Assembly: GCA_016866675.1 (NCBI GenBank)
Contig: VGLO01000002.1
Location: forward strand, 1-46,776
Length of the DNA stretch: 46,776 bases
Reading direction: 5' to 3'
Origin: Candidatus Staskawiczbacteria bacterium
GTDB taxonomy: Bacteria > Patescibacteriota > Minisyncoccia > Minisyncoccales > Staskawiczbacteraceae
The notes below the pieces were generated by a model. It was not told the origin of the DNA. It searched no databases and worked only from the letters and a program-made list of their open reading frames with translations. This document shows positions 1 to 10,182 of this stretch, piece by piece. The translations under genes and the position numbers were made by a program. Each line of letters begins with the position of its first letter. The first letter of the stretch is position 1.

Positions 1-366
1 ATAAGAAGCGCTGGAGACTCTAATGTTGGTGACGAAATTACAACAGCTATTTTTAATGAAGGAGATAAAGTGACAGTAGTTGGCTTTTCAAAAGGAAAAG
101 GTTTTCAAGGAGGAGTAAAAAGACACGGTTTTGCAGGAAGAAATAGAAGTCACGGAGCAAAACACGAATCAAGAACTATTGGTTCAACAGGACAGCGTTT
201 TCCACAACACGTTATTAAAGGAAGAAAAATGCCTGGAAGAATGGGGTATGAAAGGGTTACTGTTAAAAATTTGAAAGTTATAAAAATTGATAAAGATAAC
301 AATATTATTGCATTAAAGGGGGCTATTCCAGGACATAGGGGAACACTACTCCAAATTAAAGGATAA
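1..366 (+). CDS. rplC: 50S ribosomal protein L3 (5' truncated by window edge)
   Basis: Frame open from base 1; GKGFQGGVKRHGF...GRKMPGRMG...GAIPG motifs of uL3; precedes rplD. Confidence 0.97.
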   Translation: MRSAGDSNVGDEITTAIFNEGDKVTVVGFSKGKGFQGGVKRHGFAGRNRSHGAKHESRTIGSTGQRFPQHVIKGRKMPGRMGYERVTVKNLKVIKIDKDNNIIALKGAIPGHRGTLLQIKG

Positions 367-368
367 TT

Positions 369-1007
369 ATGAAAGTAGATATTTATAACGAAAAAGGAGA
401 ATCATCAGGAAGTGCGACTTTGCCTAAGGAAATATTTGAAGTTCCAATGAACGCTGATTTGGTGCACCAAGTTTTGGTTTCATCAAGGTCAAATATTAGA
501 CAAAATTCAGCCCATACAAAAAATAGAGGAGAAGTAAGGGGAGGAGGAAGAAAACCATGGAGACAAAAAGGAACAGGAAGAGCAAGACATGGATCTACTA
601 GGTCTCCAATTTGGAAGGGGGGAGGAGTTTCTGGGGGTCCAAGAAATGAAAGAAATTTTGACAGAGAAATTCCTAAAAAAATGAGAAGAAAGGCTTTGTT
701 TATGGTTTTATCAGAAAAAGCAAGAAATAATTTACTAATTATTGTAGATAAGTTTTTACTTGAAAAAGCAAAAACAAAGACAATGAATGAATTATTTAAA
801 AAATTACCTTTAAATAACTCAAGCAGATTGGTTTTGTATTCAGATGGAAATAATAATGTATATTTGGCTTCAAGAAATATTAAAAAAACAGCAGTTCAGA
901 GAGCAAGAGATTTAAATATTATTGATTTGCTAAATAACAAGTATTTATTAATTTCAAAGGATGTGGTTAAAGAAATAGAAAATACTTTTACTAAAAAAGG
1001 AGAATAA
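369..1007 (+). CDS. rplD: 50S ribosomal protein L4
   Basis: TKNRGEVRGGGRKPWRQKGTGRARHGS motif. Confidence 0.98.
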   Translation: MKVDIYNEKGESSGSATLPKEIFEVPMNADLVHQVLVSSRSNIRQNSAHTKNRGEVRGGGRKPWRQKGTGRARHGSTRSPIWKGGGVSGGPRNERNFDREIPKKMRRKALFMVLSEKARNNLLIIVDKFLLEKAKTKTMNELFKKLPLNNSSRLVLYSDGNNNVYLASRNIKKTAVQRARDLNIIDLLNNKYLLISKDVVKEIENTFTKKGE

Positions 1008-1010
1008 AAT

Positions 1011-1448
1011 ATGGCTTTATTAGATTTTTTAAACAAAAAGAAAGATTCAGAAAAGGCAAAATCACTGAAAGACTCAAAAGCAAAGCCAGAAAAAAAGGCT
1101 GATAAGGTAGCTTTAGTTAAACCAAAAGAGACTAGCACTTTGCCTGAAGTAAAAAAATATAGCAAAGAGAGTGATTTTTCTTATGAAGTTGTAAGAGAAC
1201 CTCATATTTCAGAAAAATCAACAAACTTAAGCCAAGAAAATAAATACGTTTTTAAAATTTACAAGAATTCAAATAAGCTAGAAATTAAAAAAGCAATTGA
1301 AGGCACTTATGGAGTTAATGTGACTGCTGTAAACATAATAAAAATTCCAAAAAAGAAAAGAAGACTTGGAAAAACAGAAGGATTTAGGAAATCGTATTCA
1401 AAGGCCGTAATTACGATTAAAGAGGGGCAAAGGATAGAAATTTACTAA
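1011..1448 (+). CDS. rplW: 50S ribosomal protein L23 with N-terminal extension
   Basis: PHISEKS...YVFKI...NKLEIKKAIE...V.V..VN core; operon position. Confidence 0.95.
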   Translation: MALLDFLNKKKDSEKAKSLKDSKAKPEKKADKVALVKPKETSTLPEVKKYSKESDFSYEVVREPHISEKSTNLSQENKYVFKIYKNSNKLEIKKAIEGTYGVNVTAVNIIKIPKKKRRLGKTEGFRKSYSKAVITIKEGQRIEIY

Positions 1449-1473
1449 ATATTTATATTAGATAAAAAGTAAA

Positions 1474-2304
1474 ATGAAGATATATAAACCAACAACTCCA
1501 TCAAGAAGAGGAATGACTGGAATTGACTTTTCTCAGCTTACAAAAAAGAGGCCAGAGAAGAGACTTTTAAAATACATTAAAAGAAGCGTTGGTAGATCAA
1601 AATCTTCAGGTAGAATTACTGTTAGACATAAAGGTGGAGGAGTAAAAAAACTTTACAGAATTATTGAATTTGCTCAGACTAAAATGGATGCTCCAGCAAA
1701 AGTGATTGCCCTTGAGTACGATCCAAATAGAACAGCTTTTATTGCTTTAATTGAGTATCAAGATAAAGTGAGGCAGTATATAATTGCCCCACAGAATTTA
1801 AAAGTTGGAGATGAAATTTTATTTTCTGAATCTGCTCAACTAAAGATTGGAAACAGATTAAAACTAAAAAATATTCCAGTTGGGACAAATGTCTATAATA
1901 TTGAATTAGAATCAGGAAAGGGAGGTAAAATGGTAAGGTCAGCGGGATCATCAGCGCAGGTTTTGGCCTTAGAAGGTAAGTTTGTTAACTTGAAAATGCC
2001 CTCTACAGAAGTAAGAAAGGTAAATGGTGAATGCTTCGCTTCTGTGGGAATGGTTTCTAATCCAGAAAACAGATATTATACAATTGGAAAAGCTGGTAAA
2101 TCAAGACTAAAGGGAAGGCGCCCTCATGTTAGAGGAAGTGCAATGAATCCGGTAGATCACCCACACGGTGGAGGAGAAGGAAGACAACCAATTGGATTAA
2201 AACATCCAAAGACTCCATGGGGAAAACCAGCATTAGGAGTTAAAACAAGAAAATCAAAAAGGTGGACAAGTAGATATATAATTCAGAGAAGAAAAAAGAA
2301 ATAA
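1474..2304 (+). CDS. rplB: 50S ribosomal protein L2
   Basis: [25 protein letters not shown] motifs. Confidence 0.99.
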   Translation: MKIYKPTTPSRRGMTGIDFSQLTKKRPEKRLLKYIKRSVGRSKSSGRITVRHKGGGVKKLYRIIEFAQTKMDAPAKVIALEYDPNRTAFIALIEYQDKVRQYIIAPQNLKVGDEILFSESAQLKIGNRLKLKNIPVGTNVYNIELESGKGGKMVRSAGSSAQVLALEGKFVNLKMPSTEVRKVNGECFASVGMVSNPENRYYTIGKAGKSRLKGRRPHVRGSAMNPVDHPHGGGEGRQPIGLKHPKTPWGKPALGVKTRKSKRWTSRYIIQRRKKK

Positions 2305-2307
2305 GGA

Positions 2308-2390
2308 AGCTGTGGCGAATAATTGCCCCGCCCCCTACGCTAAGGAATAGTCTTGAGCTTAGAGGGTGGAGCGATGATATTCGCTTAGCT
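2308..2390. repeat. Long GC-rich imperfect palindrome (about 83 nt) in the rplB-rpsS spacer
   Basis: AGCTG/TAGCT, GGCGAATA/TATTCGCT, ATTGC/GCGAT, CCGCCC/GGGTGG, CTA/TAG, GCT/AGC, AAGG/TCTT nested pairing. Confidence 0.8.
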
Positions 2391-2402
2391 CATATATTCA
2401 TC

Positions 2403-2732
2403 ATGTCAAGAAGTTTAAGAAAAGGTCCGTTTGTAGACCAAAAATTACTTGAGAAAGTCTTGGGTCAAAGAAAAGAGGACAAGGTAATAATTAAAACCTG
2501 GTCAAGACATTCGACGATTAGTCCAGAAATGGTCGGTTTTACATTTGGAGTTCACAATGGAAAGGAATTTACGCCAGTTTATATTGCAGAAGATATGGTA
2601 GGACACAAGCTTGGAGAATTTTCTCCTACAACTAAGTTTCATAGACATGGAGGAAAGATGCAGAGAGACATTGAAGCGGGTTCAGGAGTTAAGGATGTAG
2701 CTAAGGTTGCTCCGGCAAAACCAGCTAAATAG
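2403..2732 (+). CDS. rpsS: 30S ribosomal protein S19
   Basis: [30 protein letters not shown]. Confidence 0.98.
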   Translation: MSRSLRKGPFVDQKLLEKVLGQRKEDKVIIKTWSRHSTISPEMVGFTFGVHNGKEFTPVYIAEDMVGHKLGEFSPTTKFHRHGGKMQRDIEAGSGVKDVAKVAPAKPAK

Positions 2733-2750
2733 CAATTATTTAAAATAATC

Positions 2751-3209
2751 ATGGAAGTAAAAGTAAGTTTAAACAATTTAAGAACAGCACCAAGAAAAGT
2801 CAGACAAGTGGCTGATTTGGTGAGAAATAAAAATGTTGCAAAAGCAAGATCGCTTCTTGAGGCAACTCCACAGAAAACTTCTATTATGCTTTTAAAGCTT
2901 TTAAAGAGCGCTGTGGCTTCGGCAAATAATGATTTTAAACTTCAAGAAGATAGATTATTTATTGCAAGAATATTTGTAGATGAAGGTCCAAAATTAAAAA
3001 GATGGCATCCAATGTCACGAGGTAGGGCATATCCTATAATGAAGAGGACCTCACATGTCACGCTTGTTATAAGTGACGGAAATAAAGAAAATGATTTAAA
3101 AACTGATGACAAAAAGGAAAAAATAATAAAGAAAGTAAGGGATAAAAAAGAAGAGGTAGTAAAAGTTTCATCAGTTAAGAAAACGGTTAAAAAAACAAAG
3201 AAAAAGTAA
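2751..3209 (+). CDS. rplV: 50S ribosomal protein L22 with Lys-rich C-terminal tail
   Basis: APRKVRQVADLVR, VDEGPKLKR, KRTSHVT. Confidence 0.97.
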   Translation: MEVKVSLNNLRTAPRKVRQVADLVRNKNVAKARSLLEATPQKTSIMLLKLLKSAVASANNDFKLQEDRLFIARIFVDEGPKLKRWHPMSRGRAYPIMKRTSHVTLVISDGNKENDLKTDDKKEKIIKKVRDKKEEVVKVSSVKKTVKKTKKK

Positions 3210-3210
3210 T

Positions 3211-3882
3211 ATGACACACAAAGTTCACCCAAAAGCATTTAGAATCAGAGGAATGGAAGATTTTAATGTAAGAGGATTCTATGGAAAAAAGATGCCCCAA
3301 TACCTTGAGGAGGACTTTTTGGTCAAAGATTTACTAAATAAAAAATTTAAGGAGGCTTCAATTGCTAATATTGAAATTGAGCACTCTCAAAATAAGATAA
3401 ACATTATTATTGAGTCTTCAAGACCAGGTTTAATTATTGGAAGAGGTGGTCAAGGAGTTGAAGAAATAAAAAAATTAGTTGAAAGTAAAATTTACGGCAG
3501 AAAAAACTTATTTGGAAAAGCAACTGAAAAAACAAAAAGAGAAATTAAGATAGATATTAAGGAAATTAAAAATCCCTGGGTTTCTGCTTCTCTTGTTGCA
3601 AAAATGGCAGCTCAGCAAATTGAAAAGAGAATTCCTTTTAGGCAAGTTTTGAAAAGAAATATGGAAAGAGTAATGCAAAATAAAGAAGTTAAGGGAATTA
3701 AAATGGAGGTCTCCGGAAGACTTAATGGAATTGAAATTGCCAGAAATGAATGGTTAAAGCAAGGTAGAATGCCACTTGCAAGTATAAGAGCAGACATTGA
3801 TTACCATCAATCAGAAGCTTTTTGTACTTATGGAGTGATAGGAGTAAAGGTTTGGATATATAAAGGAGATAAATTTGAATAA
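3211..3882 (+). CDS. rpsC: 30S ribosomal protein S3
   Basis: HKVHP, RPGLIIGRGG, SGRLNGIEIAR, RADIDY, YGVIGVKVWIY. Confidence 0.98.
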   Translation: MTHKVHPKAFRIRGMEDFNVRGFYGKKMPQYLEEDFLVKDLLNKKFKEASIANIEIEHSQNKINIIIESSRPGLIIGRGGQGVEEIKKLVESKIYGRKNLFGKATEKTKREIKIDIKEIKNPWVSASLVAKMAAQQIEKRIPFRQVLKRNMERVMQNKEVKGIKMEVSGRLNGIEIARNEWLKQGRMPLASIRADIDYHQSEAFCTYGVIGVKVWIYKGDKFE

Positions 3883-3891
3883 ACCACAAAC

Positions 3892-4308
3892 ATGAGCTTA
3901 TTAATGCCAAAAAAAGTTAAGCACAGAAAATGGTTTAAAGGTAAGTCAAAGGGTATTGAAACCCGAGCGACTGACCTTAATTTTGGAAGCTTTGGATTAA
4001 AATCAATGGGAACAAAATGGATAACTGCAAGACAGATTGAATCAGCAAGAAGATATATTATGAGATATATGAAGAAGGGAGGAAAAATTTGGGTAAGAAT
4101 ATTTCCAGATAAGCCAGTCACTTCAAAGGGAGAAGAAGTGCCATTGGGAGGAGGAAAGGGAGCAGTTCACCACTATGTTTTTGCGATTAGGCCAGGAAGA
4201 ATTATTTTTGAAATTGACGGATTAAAAGAAGATGTGGCAAAAGAAGCTCTTCAAGGAGCATCTAGAAAGTTGCCAATCAAGACAAAATTTGTTAAAAGAG
4301 ATAACTAG
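3892..4308 (+). CDS. rplP: 50S ribosomal protein L16
   Basis: PKKVKHRK, ITARQIESAR, RIFPDKPVT, GGGKG. Confidence 0.98.
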   Translation: MSLLMPKKVKHRKWFKGKSKGIETRATDLNFGSFGLKSMGTKWITARQIESARRYIMRYMKKGGKIWVRIFPDKPVTSKGEEVPLGGGKGAVHHYVFAIRPGRIIFEIDGLKEDVAKEALQGASRKLPIKTKFVKRDN

Positions 4309-4328
4309 CAAATTTATTTAATAATAAT

Positions 4329-4514
4329 ATGACAATAGAAGAAATAAGAAAAAAAGACAAAAAAGAATTGGAAAAATTGGTTAATGACCTTAAGAAAAAA
4401 CTTAACGATATTAGGTTTAAGAGGTCTTCAAACCAGTTAAAGAATATTAATGACCTTGTTAACTCAAGGAAGGATATTGCAAAAATCTTAACTGTACTTA
4501 ACGAAATTAAATAA
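4329..4514 (+). CDS. rpmC: 50S ribosomal protein L29
   Basis: RKDIAKILTV motif; position after rplP. Confidence 0.95.
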   Translation: MTIEEIRKKDKKELEKLVNDLKKKLNDIRFKRSSNQLKNINDLVNSRKDIAKILTVLNEIK

Positions 4515-4541
4515 TTATAGAATAATTTATAACTTATAATC

Positions 4542-4775
4542 ATGAGCAAAAAGAAATTAGAAGGAATTGTAGTTTCAGACAAGATGCAGAAAACGGTTGT
4601 AGTGAAAGTGGAAAGTGTCAAAGAACACCCAAAATACAAGAGAAGGTTTAAGGTACACAAAAAATACAAGGCTCACGATGAAAAACAGGAATTCCATATA
4701 GGAGATAAGGTTGTAATTGAAGAATCTTCACCAATGTCAAAGGAAAAAAGATGGAAGGTTATTTCTAAGATATAA
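4542..4775 (+). CDS. rpsQ: 30S ribosomal protein S17
   Basis: GIVVSDKMQKTVVV, HPKYK, KAHDE. Confidence 0.98.
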   Translation: MSKKKLEGIVVSDKMQKTVVVKVESVKEHPKYKRRFKVHKKYKAHDEKQEFHIGDKVVIEESSPMSKEKRWKVISKI

Positions 4776-4790
4776 AGATAAAGAAATTAT

Positions 4791-5159
4791 ATGATTCAAT
4801 TAAGATCAATGCTAAAGGTTGCAGATAATAGCGGGGCAAGAATTGTCCAGTGTGTTAACGTTTTGGGCGGAACAAGAAAAAGATATGCTCAAATAGGAGA
4901 TATTATTGTTGCTGCAGTAAAAAAAGCTGAACCAAGAAAACTTGTTAAGAAACATGATGTGATCAAAGCAGTTGTGGTAAGACAAAGAAAAGAGTTTAAA
5001 AGAAAAGACGGTTCATATATTAGATTTGATGACAATGCAGTTGTTGTTTTAGGAGATGGAAAACTACCTAAAGGAGGAAGAGTTTTCGGTCCAATTGCCA
5101 AAGAATTGAAAGAAAAAGGTTTTGACGAAATTGCTCAAATGGCAATAGAATTATTATAG
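4791..5159 (+). CDS. rplN: 50S ribosomal protein L14
   Basis: [22 protein letters not shown]. Confidence 0.99.
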   Translation: MIQLRSMLKVADNSGARIVQCVNVLGGTRKRYAQIGDIIVAAVKKAEPRKLVKKHDVIKAVVVRQRKEFKRKDGSYIRFDDNAVVVLGDGKLPKGGRVFGPIAKELKEKGFDEIAQMAIELL

Positions 5160-5166
5160 AAAATAC

Positions 5167-5472
5167 ATGAAAGTTAAAAAAGGAGATACAGTATTAGTCA
5201 CAGCAGGAAAAGATTCTGGAAAAGTAGCAAAAATTTTAAAGTCTTTCCCAAAAGAAAGTAAGATTTTGGTTGAAGGAGTTAATTTAAAAGCAAAACATAT
5301 TAAACCAAAAAGACAGGGAGAGCAAGGTCAGGTTGTGAGAATTCCAGCTCCATTTAATGTTTCAAATGTTAAGTTTTTGTGTCCAAAGTGCGGAAAGGCT
5401 GTGAGATTGGGATATAAAATTGTTGGTGAGAAGAAATTCAGAGTTTGTAAAAAGTGTAAGTCAGAGTTTTAA
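5167..5472 (+). CDS. rplX: 50S ribosomal protein L24 (CxxC..CxxC form)
   Basis: KKGDTVLVTAGKD KOW motif, VEGVN, SNV; CPKC...CKKC. Confidence 0.97.
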   Translation: MKVKKGDTVLVTAGKDSGKVAKILKSFPKESKILVEGVNLKAKHIKPKRQGEQGQVVRIPAPFNVSNVKFLCPKCGKAVRLGYKIVGEKKFRVCKKCKSEF

Positions 5473-5480
5473 AAACTACC

Positions 5481-6047
5481 ATGGAAAAATTACAAGAAAA
5501 ATATAAAAAAGAAGTAATCCCAGCAATGATGGAGAAATTTGGGTACAAAAATAAAATGGCGGTTCCAAAAATAGTTAAGGTGACTATTAATACTTCTTTT
5601 GGAAAAGAAGTTTCAAATAAAACTTCAGGTGAGAGAGAAAAGGTTCAGAAACTTGCTATGAATGACTTGGCGTTAATCTCAGGTCAGAAACCAAAGCTAA
5701 TAAAATCAAAAAAATCTATTGCTGGTTTTAAATTAAGAGAAGGTCTTGAAATAGCTTCTATGGTTACATTGAGAAAGCAAAGAATGTGGGATTTTCTTGA
5801 AAAGTTAATTTATTTATCATTGCCAAGGTCAAGAGACTTTAAGGGGTTGAATGTTAAATTAATTGATCAAGGAGGAAACTTAAGTATAGGATTTAAAGAG
5901 CATATAAACTTCCCAGAAATTTTTACAGAAAAAGAAAAGACAATTTTAGGACTACAAATTACCGTGACGACAAATGCAAAGAATTATGAAAAAGGTTTAG
6001 AATTATTTAAATTAATAGGATTTCCGTTAAAGGAAGATAAAAAGTAA
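5481..6047 (+). CDS. rplE: 50S ribosomal protein L5
   Basis: ISGQKP...[23 protein letters not shown]. Confidence 0.98.
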   Translation: MEKLQEKYKKEVIPAMMEKFGYKNKMAVPKIVKVTINTSFGKEVSNKTSGEREKVQKLAMNDLALISGQKPKLIKSKKSIAGFKLREGLEIASMVTLRKQRMWDFLEKLIYLSLPRSRDFKGLNVKLIDQGGNLSIGFKEHINFPEIFTEKEKTILGLQITVTTNAKNYEKGLELFKLIGFPLKEDKK

Positions 6048-6052
6048 TTTTT

Positions 6053-6238
6053 ATGGCTAAAACATCACAAGAAGCAAAAGCAAAAATGAAACCAAAGTTT
6101 TCAACAAGGTTGCAAAGACGCTGTTTTAGATGTGGAAGAAGAAGAGGTTTTATGAGGGATTTCGGACTTTGCAGGATTTGTTTCCGTGAGCAGGCAAATA
6201 AAGGAGAAATACCGGGAGTAAAAAAATCATCGTGGTAA
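6053..6238 (+). CDS. rpsN: 30S ribosomal protein S14 (Zn-binding short type)
   Basis: RCFRCGR...LCRICFR...[11 protein letters not shown]; 61 aa. Confidence 0.97.
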   Translation: MAKTSQEAKAKMKPKFSTRLQRRCFRCGRRRGFMRDFGLCRICFREQANKGEIPGVKKSSW

Positions 6239-6245
6239 ATTTATA

Positions 6246-6318
6246 AAGGTTATAGGGTGTAGGATACAGGGTGTAGTGTTAAATTCTAAACCCTAAATCC
6301 TATATCCTAAATCCTAAA
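6246..6318. repeat. Heptamer fold-back element, copy 1 (rpsN-rpsH spacer)
   Basis: Left arm TATAGGGTGTAGGATACAGGGTGTAG; right arm CTAAACCCTAAATCCTATATCCTAAATCCTAAA. Confidence 0.85.
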
Positions 6319-6323
6319 GAAAA

Positions 6324-6713
6324 ATGACAGACCCAATTACAGACATGTTAAATCAAATAAAGAATGCTGAGGCCGTACAAAAGACTGAGGTTATTTTGCC
6401 TTTTTCAAAATTAAAAAATGAAATTGCTTTGATAATGCAAAAAGAGAACTTCTTAGGAGAAGTGAAAAAAGTTTCAAAAGGAAAATTGAAACTTTTAAAA
6501 TTAACTTTAAAATATGATAATGGATTGCCCGCCATGGAGGGATTTAAGAGAGTCTCAAAACCGGGGCAAAGAATTTACACAAAATATCAGGAAATAAAGA
6601 AAGTAAGAGGTGGTTATGGAAAAATGATTCTTTCAACGCCAAAAGGCTTAATGACTGGAGTTGAGGCTAAAAAATCAAAATTAGGAGGGGAGGTTTTAAT
6701 GGAAGTTTGGTAG
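6324..6713 (+). CDS. rpsH: 30S ribosomal protein S8
   Basis: DPITDML, RVSKPGQRIY, STPKGLM, GGEVL. Confidence 0.98.
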   Translation: MTDPITDMLNQIKNAEAVQKTEVILPFSKLKNEIALIMQKENFLGEVKKVSKGKLKLLKLTLKYDNGLPAMEGFKRVSKPGQRIYTKYQEIKKVRGGYGKMILSTPKGLMTGVEAKKSKLGGEVLMEVW

Positions 6714-6845
6714 AATGCGTTGATAGAATTGAGAATTGACGATGTTTGAAAAATAATATATAATAACGAATTCATAAGTTTAAAAAATCATAAAATGTGG
6801 AGCAAGGTAGCGTAATAATGCTTCGCGATTAATGTTTCAAGTTTC

Positions 6846-7391
6846 ATGTCAAGAATAGGAAAAAAATTAATTGATGTACCCTCAACTGTAAAAGTTGAAA
6901 TTACAGGACAAGATATTAAGGTTCAAGGACCTAAGGGTACTTTGGATGCAAAAATTAACAGAGAAATTAAAGTGGAATTAAAGGATGGTAAAATTTCTGT
7001 AATGCCTGTAAGAGCTTTGCCAAAAAGTATGAAGGGATTATGGGGTTTGTATAGGGCATTGATTTTTAATATGATTGAAGGAGTTGAAAAAGGTTTTGAA
7101 AAAAAACTTGAAATTGAAGGAGTTGGATACAAAGCAGCAGTACAAGGAGATGAGTTGGTTTTAAATGTTGGTTTTGTTCACCCTGTTAAGATTAAAAAGC
7201 CTGAAGGAATCGTATTCCTAGTTGAAAAGAACGTAATTACAGTTTCAGGAATTAACAAGGAGCAGGTAGGTCAGATTTCAGCTGAAATAAGAGCTTCAAA
7301 GAAAGCCGAACCATATAAAGGAAAGGGAATTAAATATCAAGGCGAGAAGATTAGAAGAAAAGAAGGAAAGAAGGTTGTAGCTTCAAAATAA
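6846..7391 (+). CDS. rplF: 50S ribosomal protein L6
   Basis: MSRIGK, GPKG, GVGYKA, EPYKGKGIKY. Confidence 0.98.
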   Translation: MSRIGKKLIDVPSTVKVEITGQDIKVQGPKGTLDAKINREIKVELKDGKISVMPVRALPKSMKGLWGLYRALIFNMIEGVEKGFEKKLEIEGVGYKAAVQGDELVLNVGFVHPVKIKKPEGIVFLVEKNVITVSGINKEQVGQISAEIRASKKAEPYKGKGIKYQGEKIRRKEGKKVVASK

Positions 7392-7414
7392 GATTTACTT
7401 CATAAATATATAAC

Positions 7415-7762
7415 ATGTTAGGAAAAAAAATAAAAAGATTAAAAGCCCACAGAAAGATAAGAATGAAGGTTTTTGGAACAAAAGAAAAGCCAAGACTTTC
7501 GGTTTTTAGGTCTGCAAGCTATATTTACGCCCAACTTATTGATGATGAATCTGGTAAGGTTTTACTTTCTGTATCTGACTTAAAGGTAAAGTCTTCAAAA
7601 GCAAAGAAAGTTGAAAGAGCTATGGAAGTTGGAAAAATAATTGCCAAAGAAGCAGTTTCAAAAAAAATCGAGAAAGTTGTTTTTGATAGAGGAGGCTTTG
7701 TTTTTCATGGAAGAGTAAAGGCTGTGGCTGACGGAGCTAGAGAAGGAGGGTTGAAGTTTTAG
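7415..7762 (+). CDS. rplR: 50S ribosomal protein L18
   Basis: [38 protein letters not shown]. Confidence 0.98.
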   Translation: MLGKKIKRLKAHRKIRMKVFGTKEKPRLSVFRSASYIYAQLIDDESGKVLLSVSDLKVKSSKAKKVERAMEVGKIIAKEAVSKKIEKVVFDRGGFVFHGRVKAVADGAREGGLKF

Positions 7763-7835
7763 ATAAATCTAAAACTTAAATTTCTAATTTATAAAAATTT
7801 CTTAATTCTAAAATCATAAATCTTAAATCATAATA

Positions 7836-8390
7836 ATGGCAGAAGAAATAAAAAAAGTTGTAAATACAGATAAAAAAATACAGAATAATAACCAGTCTAA
7901 TAGGAGTGATGGTTTTAGGTCAATAAGAAAGTTTTCTGGATCAAGGGCAGCGGTAAGAGATGAATTTGAAACCAAGCTTTTGGATTTAGCCAGAGTGACA
8001 AGAGTGACTGGTGGAGGAAAAAGATTAAGATTTCGTGCAGTTGTAGTAGCTGGGGACAAAAAATCAAAAATTGGAATTGGAATTGACAAAGGCAGGGATG
8101 TTTCTCAAGCAATAGAAAAAGCAACTTCAAGAGCAAAGAAAAATTTGTTGAATGTTGTGATTGTAAACGGAACAATACCTCATCAAGTTGAAGCAAAGTT
8201 TGGCCCAGCAAGAATATTGCTAAAACCACAAAGAAGAGGAAGAGGATTGGTGGCTGGAGGGGCTGTAAGAGCTATTTGTGACTTGGCTGGAATTAAAAAC
8301 GTTTCATCAAAAATACTATCTGGATCAAAAAATAAATTAAATAATGCAAGGGCAACTATGGAGGCATTAAGAAAATTAAAGGCTAGATAA
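7836..8390 (+). CDS. rpsE: 30S ribosomal protein S5
   Basis: RVTRVTGGGKRLRFRAVVVAGD, GTIPH, GLVAGG. Confidence 0.98.
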   Translation: MAEEIKKVVNTDKKIQNNNQSNRSDGFRSIRKFSGSRAAVRDEFETKLLDLARVTRVTGGGKRLRFRAVVVAGDKKSKIGIGIDKGRDVSQAIEKATSRAKKNLLNVVIVNGTIPHQVEAKFGPARILLKPQRRGRGLVAGGAVRAICDLAGIKNVSSKILSGSKNKLNNARATMEALRKLKAR

Positions 8391-8391
8391 T

Positions 8392-8823
8392 ATGCAAATA
8401 CACGAATTAAAACCAAAACATAAAACAAAGGGTAAGAAGAGAGTTGGAAGAGGTGGAAAGAAAGGAACATACTCAGGAAGAGGTGGAAAGGGACAGACAG
8501 CAAGATCTGGTAGAAAGATGGAACCAATAGTGAGGGAGATTATAAAAAGGTATCCAAAGTTAAAAGCATATAGGAGTAATAAGGCTCCAACAGGTATTTT
8601 GGTTGTAAATATTAGTGCCTTAGATGAGAAATTTGAAAACGGTGAGGTTGTAAGTCCGGAAAGTTTGATTAAAAAGGGTATTTTACGTAATATTAAGGGG
8701 AAGGTTCCAGGGGTAAAAATTTTAGGTGATGGAAAACTAAGTAAAAAGTTGACAGTTGAGGGTTGTAAAACTTCAAAATCAGCAAAAGAAGCGATTGAAA
8801 AAGCCGGAGGAACTATTAAGTAG
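8392..8823 (+). CDS. rplO: 50S ribosomal protein L15
   Basis: KRVGRG..KG..SGRG.KGQ.ARSG, VKILGDG, AIEKAGG. Confidence 0.98.
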   Translation: MQIHELKPKHKTKGKKRVGRGGKKGTYSGRGGKGQTARSGRKMEPIVREIIKRYPKLKAYRSNKAPTGILVVNISALDEKFENGEVVSPESLIKKGILRNIKGKVPGVKILGDGKLSKKLTVEGCKTSKSAKEAIEKAGGTIK

Positions 8824-8826
8824 CGC

Positions 8827-8890
8827 TTAGGATATAGAGCATGGATTGTAGTGAAAACTAAATCCTAAATCCTAAATCCTAAATCCTAAA
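8827..8890. repeat. Heptamer fold-back element, copy 2 (rplO-secY spacer)
   Basis: TTAGGATATAGAGCATGGATTGTAG then four perfect TCCTAAA (8863-8890), ending 2 nt before secY ATG. Confidence 0.85.
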
Positions 8891-8892
8891 CA

Positions 8893-10170
8893 ATGTGGTA
8901 CGAAAAAATATTATTAGTATTTCGCAATAAAGAATTAAGGAATAAATTTCTATTTATTTCTTTTATTTTTATTTTTTTCAGAATTGCAGCCAATATTCCA
9001 ATTCCAGGAATTGGTACTGAAAACTTAAAGGGCTTTTTTGAGCAGAATCAAGTTTTTGGACTTTTAAACATATTTTCAGGAGGAGCTTTGAGTAATTTTT
9101 CAATTGTTTTAATGGGACTTGGCCCATATATTACTTCAACAATTATACTTCAGCTTTTGACCATGATTTTTCCTGCTTTGGAAAAACTTTATAAAGAGGA
9201 AGGAGAAGCGGGAAGGCAGAAGTTTAATCAATACGGAAGATTGCTTACAATCCCATTAGCTATTGTTGAGGGTTATGGAATGCTTACTTTGTTTCAAAGA
9301 CAAGGTATTATTACAAGTTTATCCTTTCCTATGATGATAAGCTCAATTGTCACAATAGCTGCTGGAGCCATGTTTTTGATGTGGCTTGGAGAATTGATTA
9401 CAGAAAAGGGAATGGGAAATGGAATTTCTTTGTTAATTTTTGCTGGAATAGTAGCTAGCTTGCCAATCAATATTTTCCAAACATTTATAAGTTGGGATCC
9501 TTCAAAAATTGTCTCTTATATTTTGTTTTTCTTGTCTTCAATTCTTATTATAGCTGGAGTAGTTTTTATTACAGAAGCCAGAAGAAATATACCGGTTTCT
9601 TACGCAAAAAGAGTAAGAGGAAACAAAATGTACGGTGGCACTTCAACTTATTTGCCATTGAATATTAACCCAGCTGGAGTTATACCAATTATTTTTGCAC
9701 TCTCAATATTGTTATTTCCGGGTATGATTGCAGGATTCTTGGGTGGAGTAGGAGGTGTTGTAGGGACAACAGCAAATGCAGCAGCTGCATTTTTTAATAA
9801 TCCATGGATTCACGGAGTTTTGTATTTCCTGCTTGTAATTTTATTTACCTACTTTTATACGGCTGTGACTTTTGACCCAAAGACAATTTCTGAAAATTTG
9901 CAAAAAATGGGTGGGTTTGTGCCCGGCGTAAGACCAGGGACTTCAACTGCTGAATTTTTAAAACACATTTTAAATAGAGTTCTGTTTACCGGAGCCATGT
10001 TTTTAGGACTTATTGCTGTTTTGCCAAACATAGTGGCGGGAGCCACTGGAATTACCGGTTTTACATTCTTGATTGGAGGAACATCTCTTTTGATTGTAGT
10101 GAGTGTGGTTTTAGAAACCATGAGACAAATAACTTCGCAGTTGGAGATGAGAGAGTACGACACATTTTAG
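8893..10170 (+). CDS. secY: Preprotein translocase subunit SecY
   Basis: Multi-TM; MGLGPYITS.IILQLL, WLGELITEKG.GNGISL, AGVIPIIFA, FVPGVRPG, GTSLLIVV. Confidence 0.99.
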   Translation: MWYEKILLVFRNKELRNKFLFISFIFIFFRIAANIPIPGIGTENLKGFFEQNQVFGLLNIFSGGALSNFSIVLMGLGPYITSTIILQLLTMIFPALEKLYKEEGEAGRQKFNQYGRLLTIPLAIVEGYGMLTLFQRQGIITSLSFPMMISSIVTIAAGAMFLMWLGELITEKGMGNGISLLIFAGIVASLPINIFQTFISWDPSKIVSYILFFLSSILIIAGVVFITEARRNIPVSYAKRVRGNKMYGGTSTYLPLNINPAGVIPIIFALSILLFPGMIAGFLGGVGGVVGTTANAAAAFFNNPWIHGVLYFLLVILFTYFYTAVTFDPKTISENLQKMGGFVPGVRPGTSTAEFLKHILNRVLFTGAMFLGLIAVLPNIVAGATGITGFTFLIGGTSLLIVVSVVLETMRQITSQLEMREYDTF

Positions 10171-10182
10171 TTTAAGTTATTA

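Noticed and set aside
6246..8890. CCCTAAA/TCCTAAA as telomere-like repeats or a CRISPR array
   Set aside because: Short internal tandem heptamers with no spacers and no cas genes; the telomere resemblance is probably coincidental.
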